From assembly GCA_951813565.1 (NCBI GenBank), contig OX638351.1, forward strand, positions 3,616,001 through 3,680,000: 64,000 bases of DNA. The letters run 5' to 3'. Positions 1 through 9,522 of this stretch are shown here, one piece after another. The DNA comes from an uncultured Poribacteria bacterium. Lineage in GTDB: Bacteria; Poribacteria; WGA-4E; WGA-3G. The translations under genes were made by a program, and so were the position numbers. The notes under the pieces are model-generated. The model had not been told where the DNA came from, did no database searches, and saw nothing but the letters and a program-made list of their open reading frames with translations. The number at the start of each line of letters is the position of its first letter. Within the stretch, counting starts at the first letter, position 1.

Positions 1-314
1 CGCATCCGTGTAATTTCATTTAGCATTTCTGCTCCCCTTACAACAGGGATTTGTGCAGAAATTGCGGCTTTCAGCTCTGGATTGTTCTCAGGAATGGCTG
101 GCGACATGACGACTACGTCTGCCCCGTTAACTTGGGAGGCTGCATGACCGTACCAAATTTTAGCACCACAAGTTTTGAGATGTTCAGTTGTTGCTGACTT
201 TTGTATGTCTGAACCAGTAACGTCAAAATCAAGGTTAAGAAGGACCTCTGCAATTCCGCTTAAGCCAGCTCCACCTATGCCTATAATATGGATATGTTGT
301 ATTTTACCAAACAA
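1..314 (-). CDS. murC: UDP-N-acetylmuramate--L-alanine ligase, N-terminal part (runs off the window start)
   Basis: Manual translation from TTG at 314 (GGAGG SD at 321-325): MFGKIQHIHIIGIGGAGLSGIAEVLLNLDFDVTGSDIQKS...VVMSPAIPENNPEL; follows murG in the dcw cluster. Confidence 0.93.
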   Translation of the reverse strand, partial: MFGKIQHIHIIGIGGAGLSGIAEVLLNLDFDVTGSDIQKSATTEHLKTCGAKIWYGHAASQVNGADVVVMSPAIPENNPELKAAISAQIPVVRGAEMLNEITRM

Positions 315-364
315 CGCCAACCTCCAGCACAAAACCAAATTAAATCAGGAATACGTTTGTTTTT

Positions 365-1603
365 TTATATTTCTGTAGCAGATGCAAGTTTAAAAATTGA
401 CTCTGCAATTGTATCGCTCGCATAAGGACGACCAAGTTCCTTGCTTGCCACCTTCATTTGTCCATAGATTTTTTCATCTGTAATTATACGAATTAATTCT
501 TTCACAAGAATCTCAGGGTTTAATTCTTCCTGCTCAAGAACGACAGCAGCACCTGCATTAGCAACTGTTTCTGCATTGCGAACTTGATTATTACCTACGG
601 CAGCAGGTAAAGGAATAAAGATTGCCGGAATACCGCAAGCGGTAACTTCAGACACTGTCATTCCGCCTGCCCGACAAATCATCACATCCGCAATACTATA
701 TATTTCTTCAATCGGATCAAAGAACGGTTGAACATGATGTGGTATGCCGTGCTGTGCGTAAGCTGCATGTACTTGTTCCACATCTGTTTTTCCTGTTTGA
801 TGTACGATTTGGAGTACGAACGTGCTAAAATCATCAAGTTTGACAGGACTTACGCCTTCTGTTTCTGGTAAAAGAGACCCGGCAAATTTTGCTATTAATG
901 GGCTTGCATCTATCATCGCTTGATTAACTGCACGAGCACCTTGACTACCTCCCATCACAAACACCGTTTTACGATTTGCACATAATTTATATTTTTGGTA
1001 GGTTTCGTCAGCACGCGGATAATCTGTTATGCCAAGACGAATCGGGTTACCTGCTACCTCTACAATATGATTAGGAAATCGTTGGGTATCCGGTGGTAAT
1101 GCAAGGTACGCTGCTTTAGCACAACGTGCCAGCATGCTGTTTGTCAAACCAGGAGATACGTTCTGTTCCTGTATCGCTATCGGAATTCTGAGCATCCACG
1201 CGGCAAATAGGACAGGCCCAGACACATATCCGCCTGTTCCAATAACGACGTCTGGCCGGAATTTTCTAAGATATTTCAACGACTGGACAAGCCCTTGAAA
1301 GACTTTTATGAGAACCGGAAACCATTTCCGCGTCAAGCTGCGTGGAAATCCTTCAACGGAAATGGGTAGAAACCGAAAACCCTGTTGTGGAACAAGTGTT
1401 GATTCTAAACGATCTCGTCCACCAATAAAAACAATATCTACCTCTGGATTAAAACGTTGAAGCGCCTGGGCAATACCAATGGCGGGATAGATATGCCCGC
1501 CTGTGCCACCTCCGGCGAGGACGAATCGCTTCTCGTTTTTTCCACGATTAATGTATTCTCTGGCAACGTCTTTCCGATTGTGTCGTATCTTTTGCTTTTT
1601 CAC
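365..1603 (-). CDS. murG: Undecaprenyl-PP-MurNAc-pentapeptide GlcNAc transferase
   Basis: GGGTGGHIYP, GTGGYVSGP, GNPIR, GGSQGA, CRAGGMT motifs; GTG start at 1603 chosen just after the ftsW stop (ORF track opens at 1645). Confidence 0.95.
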   Translation of the reverse strand: MKKQKIRHNRKDVAREYINRGKNEKRFVLAGGGTGGHIYPAIGIAQALQRFNPEVDIVFIGGRDRLESTLVPQQGFRFLPISVEGFPRSLTRKWFPVLIKVFQGLVQSLKYLRKFRPDVVIGTGGYVSGPVLFAAWMLRIPIAIQEQNVSPGLTNSMLARCAKAAYLALPPDTQRFPNHIVEVAGNPIRLGITDYPRADETYQKYKLCANRKTVFVMGGSQGARAVNQAMIDASPLIAKFAGSLLPETEGVSPVKLDDFSTFVLQIVHQTGKTDVEQVHAAYAQHGIPHHVQPFFDPIEEIYSIADVMICRAGGMTVSEVTACGIPAIFIPLPAAVGNNQVRNAETVANAGAAVVLEQEELNPEILVKELIRIITDEKIYGQMKVASKELGRPYASDTIAESIFKLASATEI

Positions 1604-1610
1604 ATTCAAC

Positions 1611-2810
1611 TTATTCCACTGTTTTTGGAGGTGACCGTGTGGCACTTCGAGAAATGTTCAAAAGCATACCCACACTTACCAAACTGATTACAAGAGATGA
1701 ACCACCATAACTGAGAAAGGGAAGGGTGATACCTTTTGTCGGTAGTACCCCTGTTACAACACCGATATTGATGAATGCTTGTAGTCCGATTATTATCGTA
1801 AGTCCGGTTGCAAACAGCGCGCCGAACCGGTTTTCTGTGCGTCTTGCGATTGAAATGCCACGCCATACAAATATCATTATTATTATTGTAACACTTGCCG
1901 TGCCGACGAATCCGAACTCTTCACCCAATACTGAAAAGATAAAATCTGTATGTGGATAGGGCAGGTAATTTATTTTCGCTACGCTGTCATCAATTCCAAC
2001 TCCAAATAAGCCGCCCCATTTAAGTGCATCAAGTGAACGTCCCAACTGAAAACTGGTGGCTTCTGGAGATTGCAAGGATGCCCAATAATCGGTTAACCGC
2101 GTTAATCGGTACGGATCTCTGATAATAAATCCTGTCAATAATGCACCCCCAATTCCTATTAACATAAATGTGTGCGATAAACGAATTCCTCCTATGAACA
2201 GGAGGCTGCCTGCTGTTGCAGCTAATAGGACAGCTGAACCAAAATCTGGTTGTTTGGCAACTAATCCAAACATCAATCCGATAATCAGGATATTTGGTAG
2301 AACTCCATTGAAGAGATTTTTAATACGTTCCGGGTTCCGTGCCAAAAAATGTGCCGTATGAATAATTAAGGCGATCTTTGCAAACTCAACTGGCTGGAAT
2401 TGAACACCTGCTACGGCGATCCATCGGCTAAACCTACCACCTTCCGCTCCTTGCACACTGGTACCTAACGGTGTAAAAACCAAGATCAGCAGGCCAAAAG
2501 CCAGAAATAGTAGTATGTTACTATACTTCTCATAAAACCGATACGGGATATATGAAGTAATACCCATTCCGACTAAACCTATCACACAAGCAATCGCTTG
2601 GATTTTTAAGTAATGGTAACTGTGTCCATACTGTTTGGCAGACAACACATGCCCAGCACTATAGACCATCAAGATACCAATTCCAACCAAGCAGAGCGTA
2701 ACAGCAAGTAAACCGGTGTCTACTCTGCCAAGACCCGTAATTTGAGACTGTTCCTGATCAGATGGAAGAATGGTCGGATTCGCGTAGTTAAGGGTGTTTT
2801 GATTTTGCAT
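1611..2810 (-). CDS. ftsW: SEDS peptidoglycan polymerase FtsW
   Basis: Multi-TM; FQPVEFAK, QPDFGS, YLPYPHTDFIFSVLGEEFG, LPTKGITLPFLSYGGSS; lies between murD and murG. Confidence 0.95.
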   Translation of the reverse strand: MQNQNTLNYANPTILPSDQEQSQITGLGRVDTGLLAVTLCLVGIGILMVYSAGHVLSAKQYGHSYHYLKIQAIACVIGLVGMGITSYIPYRFYEKYSNILLFLAFGLLILVFTPLGTSVQGAEGGRFSRWIAVAGVQFQPVEFAKIALIIHTAHFLARNPERIKNLFNGVLPNILIIGLMFGLVAKQPDFGSAVLLAATAGSLLFIGGIRLSHTFMLIGIGGALLTGFIIRDPYRLTRLTDYWASLQSPEATSFQLGRSLDALKWGGLFGVGIDDSVAKINYLPYPHTDFIFSVLGEEFGFVGTASVTIIIMIFVWRGISIARRTENRFGALFATGLTIIIGLQAFINIGVVTGVLPTKGITLPFLSYGGSSLVISLVSVGMLLNISRSATRSPPKTVE

Positions 2811-2883
2811 AAGTCGTCAAAAATGTGGGATATACTCATTAAGCAAGTAATTCCCAAATAAACAGTATAATTCGGAAACAGTA

Positions 2884-4392
2884 TTATCTGTCACAGGTAG
2901 ATTTTTCTTGATCTGATGATTTATAAGATTTGAGCGAATTTACAGCGTTTTTAAATGCCTCTCCGCGTTCTTTGTAATCCGTGTACATATCAAAACTTGC
3001 ATTTGATGGTGATAAAAGGACGATGTCCCCTGACGTAGCATGTGTATAAGCAAACTCAACTGCCGCTTCCATTGTTGCAGTATGATGCATATCGGCACAA
3101 CCAGCGAACGTTTTTTGAATGTTGTGCGTATGTTCTCCGAGCATTACTAAACTTTTAACTTTCGTGCGAACAAGTTCAATAAGTGGCCCATAGTCGTTTC
3201 CTTTATCAAATCCACCTATGATTAAAAAAACTCGTTTGGGGTCTTTGCCATGTTCGGCCGTTTTTTCCACTGATTCAAGGGCAGCACATGTTGCTAGGAC
3301 GTTTGTAGCCTTAGAATCGTTTACATAATCTACACCGTTGACAACACTCACCTTTTCAAAAGCGTGTTCAAAAGCAGGATGTATCCGATTAAATTTGAGA
3401 ATAGCCTTACACATATCCGCAGGCGTTACGTCGAAGATAGTTCCAACAACTACAGCTGCAAGCACGTTGCGGATATTATGTGCCCCTGCTAACGGTATAT
3501 CTGTCGTATTACAAATCCAATGTTCTTGATTGTTTTTATAGGTATAAATACCAATGTTGTTTGCGTTGTTTTGTAATCTTGCTCCTGCTCCGTTGTCTAA
3601 TTTACGGGACAACACTTCCGAGTTCTCATCTTTATTAGAAAGATTATCTGTAAAAAATGCTTTTTTTGCTGCGGTGGCATGCGCGAAACACTTAGCAGTC
3701 GCGTCGTCGGCATTTAGCACTATCCATTCCGAATTCGTCTGGTTTACACATATTTTTAGTTTCGCATTTAAATACGATTCCATCGTGCCGTGGCGATCAA
3801 GATGGTCACGAGAAAAATTCAGCATTACACTAACTACTGGCTGAAAAGTAAAGGTGCTCTCCAATTGGAAACTACTTGCCTCTACCACTGCAACATCCTT
3901 ACGGGTTAATGTTGCTACATTACTTGCTAACGGAACACCGATGTTTCCTGCCACGACCACATCAGAAAAAAGGTTACTTGCTTCTAAAATTGCCGCAGTC
4001 AAAAGCGTTGTTGTTGACTTGCCTTTTGTGCCTGTAATTGCTACGATGCGTCCATCACATAGACTTGCCGAAACTTCTAATTCACCTAAAATTGGAATGC
4101 TTCTGTTTTTCGCCTCAACTAATATAGGAATGTCCAAGGGTACCCCAGGTGAAACAACAACTAATTCCGTATTAGCAATACAGGATTCTTCATGTCCGCC
4201 AAGGTAAAACTGAATCTGCATCCCATCTAATTGCGAGATTTCGGCAGACAAAACGTCTGCATCGCGTGTATCTGTAAGAGAGATGCTTGCACCGAGATCA
4301 TAAAGTAACTTTGCAATTGCGATACCACTTCGATTTGCGCCAAAAATGGTGATCCGTTTGCCAGAAAAGCGGTTCAAATTCGAACGTTTCAA
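2884..4392 (-). CDS. murD: UDP-MurNAc-L-Ala--D-glutamate ligase
   Basis: VVVSPGVP, ITGTKGKSTTT, EASSFQL, DHLDRHG, NDSKATN, LLSPSNASFDMY. Confidence 0.96.
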   Translation of the reverse strand: MKRSNLNRFSGKRITIFGANRSGIAIAKLLYDLGASISLTDTRDADVLSAEISQLDGMQIQFYLGGHEESCIANTELVVVSPGVPLDIPILVEAKNRSIPILGELEVSASLCDGRIVAITGTKGKSTTTLLTAAILEASNLFSDVVVAGNIGVPLASNVATLTRKDVAVVEASSFQLESTFTFQPVVSVMLNFSRDHLDRHGTMESYLNAKLKICVNQTNSEWIVLNADDATAKCFAHATAAKKAFFTDNLSNKDENSEVLSRKLDNGAGARLQNNANNIGIYTYKNNQEHWICNTTDIPLAGAHNIRNVLAAVVVGTIFDVTPADMCKAILKFNRIHPAFEHAFEKVSVVNGVDYVNDSKATNVLATCAALESVEKTAEHGKDPKRVFLIIGGFDKGNDYGPLIELVRTKVKSLVMLGEHTHNIQKTFAGCADMHHTATMEAAVEFAYTHATSGDIVLLSPSNASFDMYTDYKERGEAFKNAVNSLKSYKSSDQEKSTCDR

Positions 4393-4448
4393 ACATTTAC
4401 CTCAACCGAAGGATTTAAAGATCAGGACATTTTGCGCGGCAGACACAC

Positions 4449-5567
4449 CTATCCCAGTCTTAGCGTACTTAATGCTATTAACATTAAAATAAGCGCAACA
4501 ATCCAAAAACGTATAACTACTTTCGATTCTTTCCAACCGGAAAGTAGGAAATGATAATGGAGGGGCGACATCTTGATAACCCGTTTTCCAAAAGTTCTAT
4601 ATGACCAAACTTGTACAATGACAGACAATGTTTCTGCCACAAAAATACCGCCAACAATGATAAGGAGAAATTCCTGTTTTATTAACAGGGCACAAGTTCC
4701 AAGCGTTGCACCAAGCGGCAAAGAACCGGTATCTCCCATAAACAGTTGGGCAGGATGCCCATTGTACCATAAAAAACCCAATCCTGCTCCTACTAACGAT
4801 GCACAGAAAATCGCTGTAACTTCTCCACCGACTGGGAGGTGAAAAAGGTTAAGATGTTCCGCTATGACAGTATGGCTTGTCATATACCCCAGTGCTCCAA
4901 TAGTACCTGCTACGAATAGCGTACAACCGATTGCTAAGCCGTCCATACCGTCCGTTAGATTCACAGCATTTGAAGTGCCGACAAGTACTAAAGTTGCAAA
5001 AGGAATAAAGAAAATTCCCAAATTGGGTTGTACGTTTTTGAAAAATGGAAGATTTAGGGCAGTACGGGTTGTCGTATCATTTGCTTCAATAGGTCCCCAT
5101 TGGTAAAGATAACATGCAATCGCCAAGGCACCGACAGTTTGCAGCACAATTTTCTGCCAACCTCGAAGACCAAGTGACTGTTTTTTGCTAATTTTACACA
5201 TATCATCTAAAAAACCGAGCCCCCCAAACCAGAGTGTCGTGAAGATCATTAGATAAATATAGGGTTGATCAAACTTCGCCCAAAAAACAATGGATATAAG
5301 TACCGCAACGATAATAAGGATACCACCCATTGTTGGGGTGCCTGCTTTGCTTTGATCTTCATTATGCTGCTGCGCTTTTTCTACCTCTTCTTGAATATGT
5401 TCACCTATTCGCAACTGCTTCAACCGCTTTATCATAAACGGTCCTAAAACAAGTGAAATGGCGAGGGCTGTAGCTGTTGCATAGACTGCACGAAAACTAA
5501 TTGAACTAAAAATACTGAAGGGCTGAAATATGCTAACAAGATTTTCAAAAAACAGATGATAAAACAT
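4449..5567 (-). CDS. mraY: Phospho-N-acetylmuramoyl-pentapeptide transferase
   Basis: KAGTPTMGG, GFLDD, NAVNLTDGMDGLA, FMGDTGS, PLHYHF. Confidence 0.96.
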   Translation of the reverse strand: MFYHLFFENLVSIFQPFSIFSSISFRAVYATATALAISLVLGPFMIKRLKQLRIGEHIQEEVEKAQQHNEDQSKAGTPTMGGILIIVAVLISIVFWAKFDQPYIYLMIFTTLWFGGLGFLDDMCKISKKQSLGLRGWQKIVLQTVGALAIACYLYQWGPIEANDTTTRTALNLPFFKNVQPNLGIFFIPFATLVLVGTSNAVNLTDGMDGLAIGCTLFVAGTIGALGYMTSHTVIAEHLNLFHLPVGGEVTAIFCASLVGAGLGFLWYNGHPAQLFMGDTGSLPLGATLGTCALLIKQEFLLIIVGGIFVAETLSVIVQVWSYRTFGKRVIKMSPLHYHFLLSGWKESKVVIRFWIVALILMLIALSTLRLG

Positions 5568-5704
5568 TTTCTATGCTTCTTTGCTATATTCCGTAGGATG
5601 GTGCATGTTATTGCTGAGCTGTAATCAAAAACCTGAATAAATGATATGGGAATAGTTGAATGCTGCTATTGTGACCACCCAATTATAAAAAGTATCAAGC
5701 AAAC

Positions 5705-6919
5705 TTACCCAGTTTCCTCTGATTCTAAATTGTCGGTTTTCAATTTTGCAAAACTTGCCCCTGCTTGACTTAACAAATTTGTTGAATAAGAATAGATTAA
5801 GCGATTTTTCTCATGGTGCGTTTCTAATGCAAGGTCAACCAATTGCGACACTAATTCTGGGAATGGAATTCCGGCCGGTTCCCATAAGTAGAAACTGAAA
5901 GAACCAGGGATAGTGTTGATCTCATTCACGTATACCTGCTCTTCATCACTCACCAAGAAATCTATTCGGGCAATCCCCGCACAGTCAAGCACTTGAAAAG
6001 CCAAGGTAGCAAGGTTTTGAATATGTAACGTCAATTCTTCTGGAATGGGTGCAGGAATTTCACGCTGTGCTCCCGCCATACCAGAGGAGACATCAGGAGC
6101 ATCTTCACTTTCCGAATTTTGATGGATATATTTATCGTCAAAACTGAGGAAATCCGTACTGGCGATCGGTTGTTCGCAGACCGAGGGGGTCGGCGTATGT
6201 GTTCCCATCACCGAGCAATTTATTTCAAAACCGTTTTCAATACCCTGCTCAACGACGATACGTCGGTAATACCGGCATGCAAGTTCAATCGCATCCCGAA
6301 GTTCGTCCTCATCTCTCGCTTGACTGACACCGATACTTGACCCACTCACTGCCGGTTTAACGTATACTGGAAAGGACATCTTTTCCTTAATTATTGCAAG
6401 AACGTCGTTGCTTGCTGAATCCCAATTGTGTTTCGTGAACGGAACGTAAGGCAGGATCGGAAGCTCATTCTCACTGAGAACTGCTTTCATCATGATTTTG
6501 TCCATGCCGACACCAGAGCCGACAACACTCGCGCCAACGTAAGGTATATCCATCAGCTCAAGAAACCCTTGAAGAGAACCATCTTCGCCATGTACACCGT
6601 GAATTGCGGGAAACACGACATCAATAGGAAGTTCCTTCTTTTTGCTGAACAAACCGCTACGTTTTGGTAGAACACTAAATTTTGCATGTGTTTCAAATTC
6701 AACGCTAACTGTGTCAAAATCAGATGTACGCGGTAAATTTCCTTCGGTGAATGTGTTCAGTTCCTTGAGTTTATCGCCTGTTAACCATGCGCCCTCTTTT
6801 GTTATATAAATTGGGATAACTTCGTGCGTTTCTGCTAATGCAGCGTTAACCTGATGTGCAGTAACGATGGATACTTCGTGTTCAGGCGATCTACCACCGA
6901 ATATCAAAGCTACGTTCAT
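5705..6919 (-). CDS. ddl: D-alanine--D-alanine ligase
   Basis: FGGRSPEHEVSI, HGVHGEDGSLQG, GSSIGV, NEINTIPGS; start at ATG 6919 chosen from the AAGGA SD. Confidence 0.92.
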   Translation of the reverse strand: MNVALIFGGRSPEHEVSIVTAHQVNAALAETHEVIPIYITKEGAWLTGDKLKELNTFTEGNLPRTSDFDTVSVEFETHAKFSVLPKRSGLFSKKKELPIDVVFPAIHGVHGEDGSLQGFLELMDIPYVGASVVGSGVGMDKIMMKAVLSENELPILPYVPFTKHNWDSASNDVLAIIKEKMSFPVYVKPAVSGSSIGVSQARDEDELRDAIELACRYYRRIVVEQGIENGFEINCSVMGTHTPTPSVCEQPIASTDFLSFDDKYIHQNSESEDAPDVSSGMAGAQREIPAPIPEELTLHIQNLATLAFQVLDCAGIARIDFLVSDEEQVYVNEINTIPGSFSFYLWEPAGIPFPELVSQLVDLALETHHEKNRLIYSYSTNLLSQAGASFAKLKTDNLESEETG

Positions 6920-7066
6920 GTTCATTTCCTTGTAAAGAGCATAAATTGACACCCGCTCTAAGGCAAAGGTGTTATTTATGTTATAATGTTGAAAATCCAA
7001 TATCCTTATTACTATTACAATTTGTCAAAAAATTTACGACAAGATGCTGACCTTTATTCAGGTGTG

Positions 7067-8716
7067 TTAGAAAACTTCATTATAATTGTCTGGTAAATCA
7101 TTCTCAAAAAGGACTACATCACCCGGTTTCAAATGTTTTGCAAGTTGTTGCTGTGCTTCAGCGAGGTCCTTCGCAACATAAACCTGTTGTTCAGGATAGT
7201 TTGCGGTTTTGAGTCCATCTAAAATCGGAGCAGTTCTTGCCGGACCAACAAGGATAACGAAGTCACATACCTTAGCTGCTTCCGAGCCGAACTGCATGTT
7301 TTCATCGTATTCGCGTTCGCCAAGTTCCACCATACCTGGCGTAACTAAAACCTTTTTCCCATCTTTATCGCTTACAAAATCAGTGAGCACCTCAAGTGCC
7401 GCTTTCGCCCCTTCAGGATTTGCGTTGAAACTGTCGTCAATTACAGTTACACCGGAGCCTCCAGCTATCAGCTGCAAACGGTGTGGAACTGGTTCTAATG
7501 CTTCAAGTGCTTCTCGAATTTCGTTCAATGTCATCCCACATTGCAGTGAGACACCAATAGCAGCGAGGATATTTGAGACATTATGCTTTCCAAGGAGTCG
7601 GGTTGTGATTTCGGTTGTGCCCGCCACCTCGTCAATTACAGCAAAAGTCAGTCCTCTATCACTCTGTTTAATATTGTGTGCTCTCAACCTCAAAGATGAT
7701 GTATTCTCAACTCCATTTGATTCTACACCGTATCGTATAACAGGGACACTATCGGTTTTGTCTGCCAACGCTGCACAAATTTCATTGTCCGTATTAATAA
7801 CTGCAAGACCATTCGGAGGTAACGCTTCGATTAACTCATACTTTGCGCGGGCAGTATTTTCAATACTTTTGAACCGTTCTAAATGTTGGGGACCCACAGC
7901 AGTGAGTATCCCTACTTCCGGTGGCGCAAGATGACATAGTTCGCGAATATCGCCACGTTTATACGCGCCCATTTCAACGATAAAATATTCATGTTTCGGC
8001 AATAAATCTCCTCTGATGACCTTACAAATACCCATCGGCGTATTATAACTATCTGGAGTCATTAACGTGTTATATTTTTTTGATAAAATCTGATGGAGAA
8101 TATATTTGGTGCTTGTTTTTCCGTAGCTTCCAGTAATTCCGATGATTTTTGGCTGAAGGGTTTTGATACGTTTCCGTGCGTCGCGTAAATAGACTCCGTT
8201 TATTAATTGCTCTAATGGCCAAATTAAAAAACTGCTCACTATAAGAATAGGTACCGTGAGTTCACTAAACAGAAATAGGCTTATACGCCATCGGTTTTCT
8301 CCTACAGAAAACACGAGTACTGCCGCAAGGACAGCAAGTAATGCAAGTGCCAATCCAAAAAGTCGTTTTGCGCGGGCAGTATAAACAAGTGGTTTTTTTG
8401 CTGCAGACTTCTTACGCCATACAATCTTATAAACTTGGAACGCTATCCAGATTGAACAAGCAGCGAGAAAAAACCAATTGGTCTGAATATTAGAAAAAAC
8501 AGACGCAATCGTTAGGAAACCCACGATCACAACTACCTCTATGATTTCAAAGCAGTTTTTAATGTGTGTCAAAACCCATTTCAGGTAACGTCCGGGTTTA
8601 TAACCATCAAGTTGTAGTATATGTAGTCCGCGGCTTGTCCGAATAACAGCTCTAATAAAACAAGCGACAATAAGAATATAAAAAAGGACTATGCTAACCA
8701 TTTCTAACATGTTCAT
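7067..8716 (-). CDS. murF: MurF-family ligase with an N-terminal multi-pass membrane domain
   Basis: About 170 aa hydrophobic N-terminus, then GITGSYGKTSTK, YNTPMG, VEMGA, DDSFNANPEG, TPGMVELG, LFENDLPD. Confidence 0.85.
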   Translation of the reverse strand: MNMLEMVSIVLFYILIVACFIRAVIRTSRGLHILQLDGYKPGRYLKWVLTHIKNCFEIIEVVVIVGFLTIASVFSNIQTNWFFLAACSIWIAFQVYKIVWRKKSAAKKPLVYTARAKRLFGLALALLAVLAAVLVFSVGENRWRISLFLFSELTVPILIVSSFLIWPLEQLINGVYLRDARKRIKTLQPKIIGITGSYGKTSTKYILHQILSKKYNTLMTPDSYNTPMGICKVIRGDLLPKHEYFIVEMGAYKRGDIRELCHLAPPEVGILTAVGPQHLERFKSIENTARAKYELIEALPPNGLAVINTDNEICAALADKTDSVPVIRYGVESNGVENTSSLRLRAHNIKQSDRGLTFAVIDEVAGTTEITTRLLGKHNVSNILAAIGVSLQCGMTLNEIREALEALEPVPHRLQLIAGGSGVTVIDDSFNANPEGAKAALEVLTDFVSDKDGKKVLVTPGMVELGEREYDENMQFGSEAAKVCDFVILVGPARTAPILDGLKTANYPEQQVYVAKDLAEAQQQLAKHLKPGDVVLFENDLPDNYNEVF

Positions 8717-8766
8717 AATCTCTCATAAATCATTTATTTATACAGCGGATAGTAAATAGCAAAAAC

Positions 8767-8818
8767 GCAATGAATCTTGCTGCTACGAAATACTTTTAGC
8801 AGCGACATTATTCATTGC
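8767..8818. repeat. Imperfect inverted repeat (hairpin) upstream of murF
   Basis: GCAATGAAT...GCTGCTA / TAGCAGC...ATTCATTGC arms. Confidence 0.6.
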
Positions 8819-8933
8819 GCCATCACATGCAATTTAGATTGAACAACTACGGGTGTGTAAATATTTGGTTACATAGGTTCAATTTGCAATGATTACGCGG
8901 CGTTTTCCACTGTAGAGCGGGGTCCCTGTGCCT

Positions 8934-9204
8934 CATAGCCGTCAATTTAAGGATATACCCTCTTGTGGGAGTGAATCAACGCAGCATGCGCGTCCGGCAT
9001 GCTGCCAAATCAACGCCAAATGCGCTTTTTGGCATTTGTCCAAATCAACGCAGCATGCGCGTCCGGCATGCTGCCAAATCAACGCCAAATGCGCTTTTTG
9101 GCATTTGTCGGGTTTTCAACCCCGATAAATACATATAAATCGGGCTTATAAAGCCCTCCCACAAGAGGCAATCTGGTAATTGTGTGCTTAAATTGACGCC
9201 TATG
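8934..9204. mobile_element. Nested MITE with IS4/IS231-like TIRs
   Basis: CATAGCCGTCAATTTAAG (8934-8951) vs CTTAAATTGACGCCTATG (9187-9204), 17/18 match; flanked by 18-bp near-direct repeats AGCGGGGTCCCTGTGCCT / GGCGGGGTCCCTGTGCCC. Confidence 0.8.
8974..9109 (+). repeat. Tandem array of four 34-35 nt CAAATCAACG-hairpin micro-elements (order A-B-A-B)
   Basis: Units 8974-9005 (5'-truncated), 9006-9040, 9041-9074, 9075-9109. Confidence 0.9.
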
Positions 9205-9260
9205 GGCGGGGTCCCTGTGCCCCGCCACTACGCAGGACGTGCCATGCAACGGGCAGGCAC

Positions 9261-9390
9261 CAAATCAAGAAATCAACGGTATGAACCATGGCGAATGCCA
9301 TACGGGGAATGCCAGCAGGCATTCATACCGTTGATTTGGCGCATTCGTCTTTAGTCATTCACCGGGTCCGAATGCCTTTTGGCATTCCCC
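9261..9390 (+). repeat. Composite CAAATCAA...ATTCCCC element inserted in a REP-like arm, with a 35-nt element nested in reverse orientation at 9304-9338
   Basis: Near-identical to 15451-15545 except for the exact 35-nt extra segment. Confidence 0.88.
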
Positions 9391-9522
9391 GGAGACCCGC
9401 CCCTACAATAGGAGTTGTGCGGATTTCTACAAAAACTTTACACACCCAACAACTACAGAATCTGATATTCCGTTCTCAGTCAGATTATTTTTTTGGCAAA
9501 ACTTGCCATCGGTTCCAGTTGT

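Larger units (their letters stand above)
8851..9447. mobile_element. MITE with GGGTGTGTAAA/TTTACACACCC ends and 9-bp TSD, containing nested elements
   Basis: TIRs at 8851 and 9437-9447; AACAACTAC duplicated at 8842-8850 and 9448-9456; same ends as the 95-bp copy at 61271-61365. Confidence 0.9.

Noticed and set aside
6110..6160. Possible D-Ala-D-Lac (vancomycin-resistance type) ligase
   Set aside because: The omega-loop keeps K-Y (FDDKY) as in D-Ala-D-Ala ligases, and there are no vanH/vanX-like neighbours
8974..9109. CRISPR array interpretation of the regularly spaced CAAATCAACG repeats
   Set aside because: The constant part is only 10 nt, the 'spacers' are self-complementary and repeat A-B-A-B, the same units occur dispersed elsewhere, and there are no cas genes
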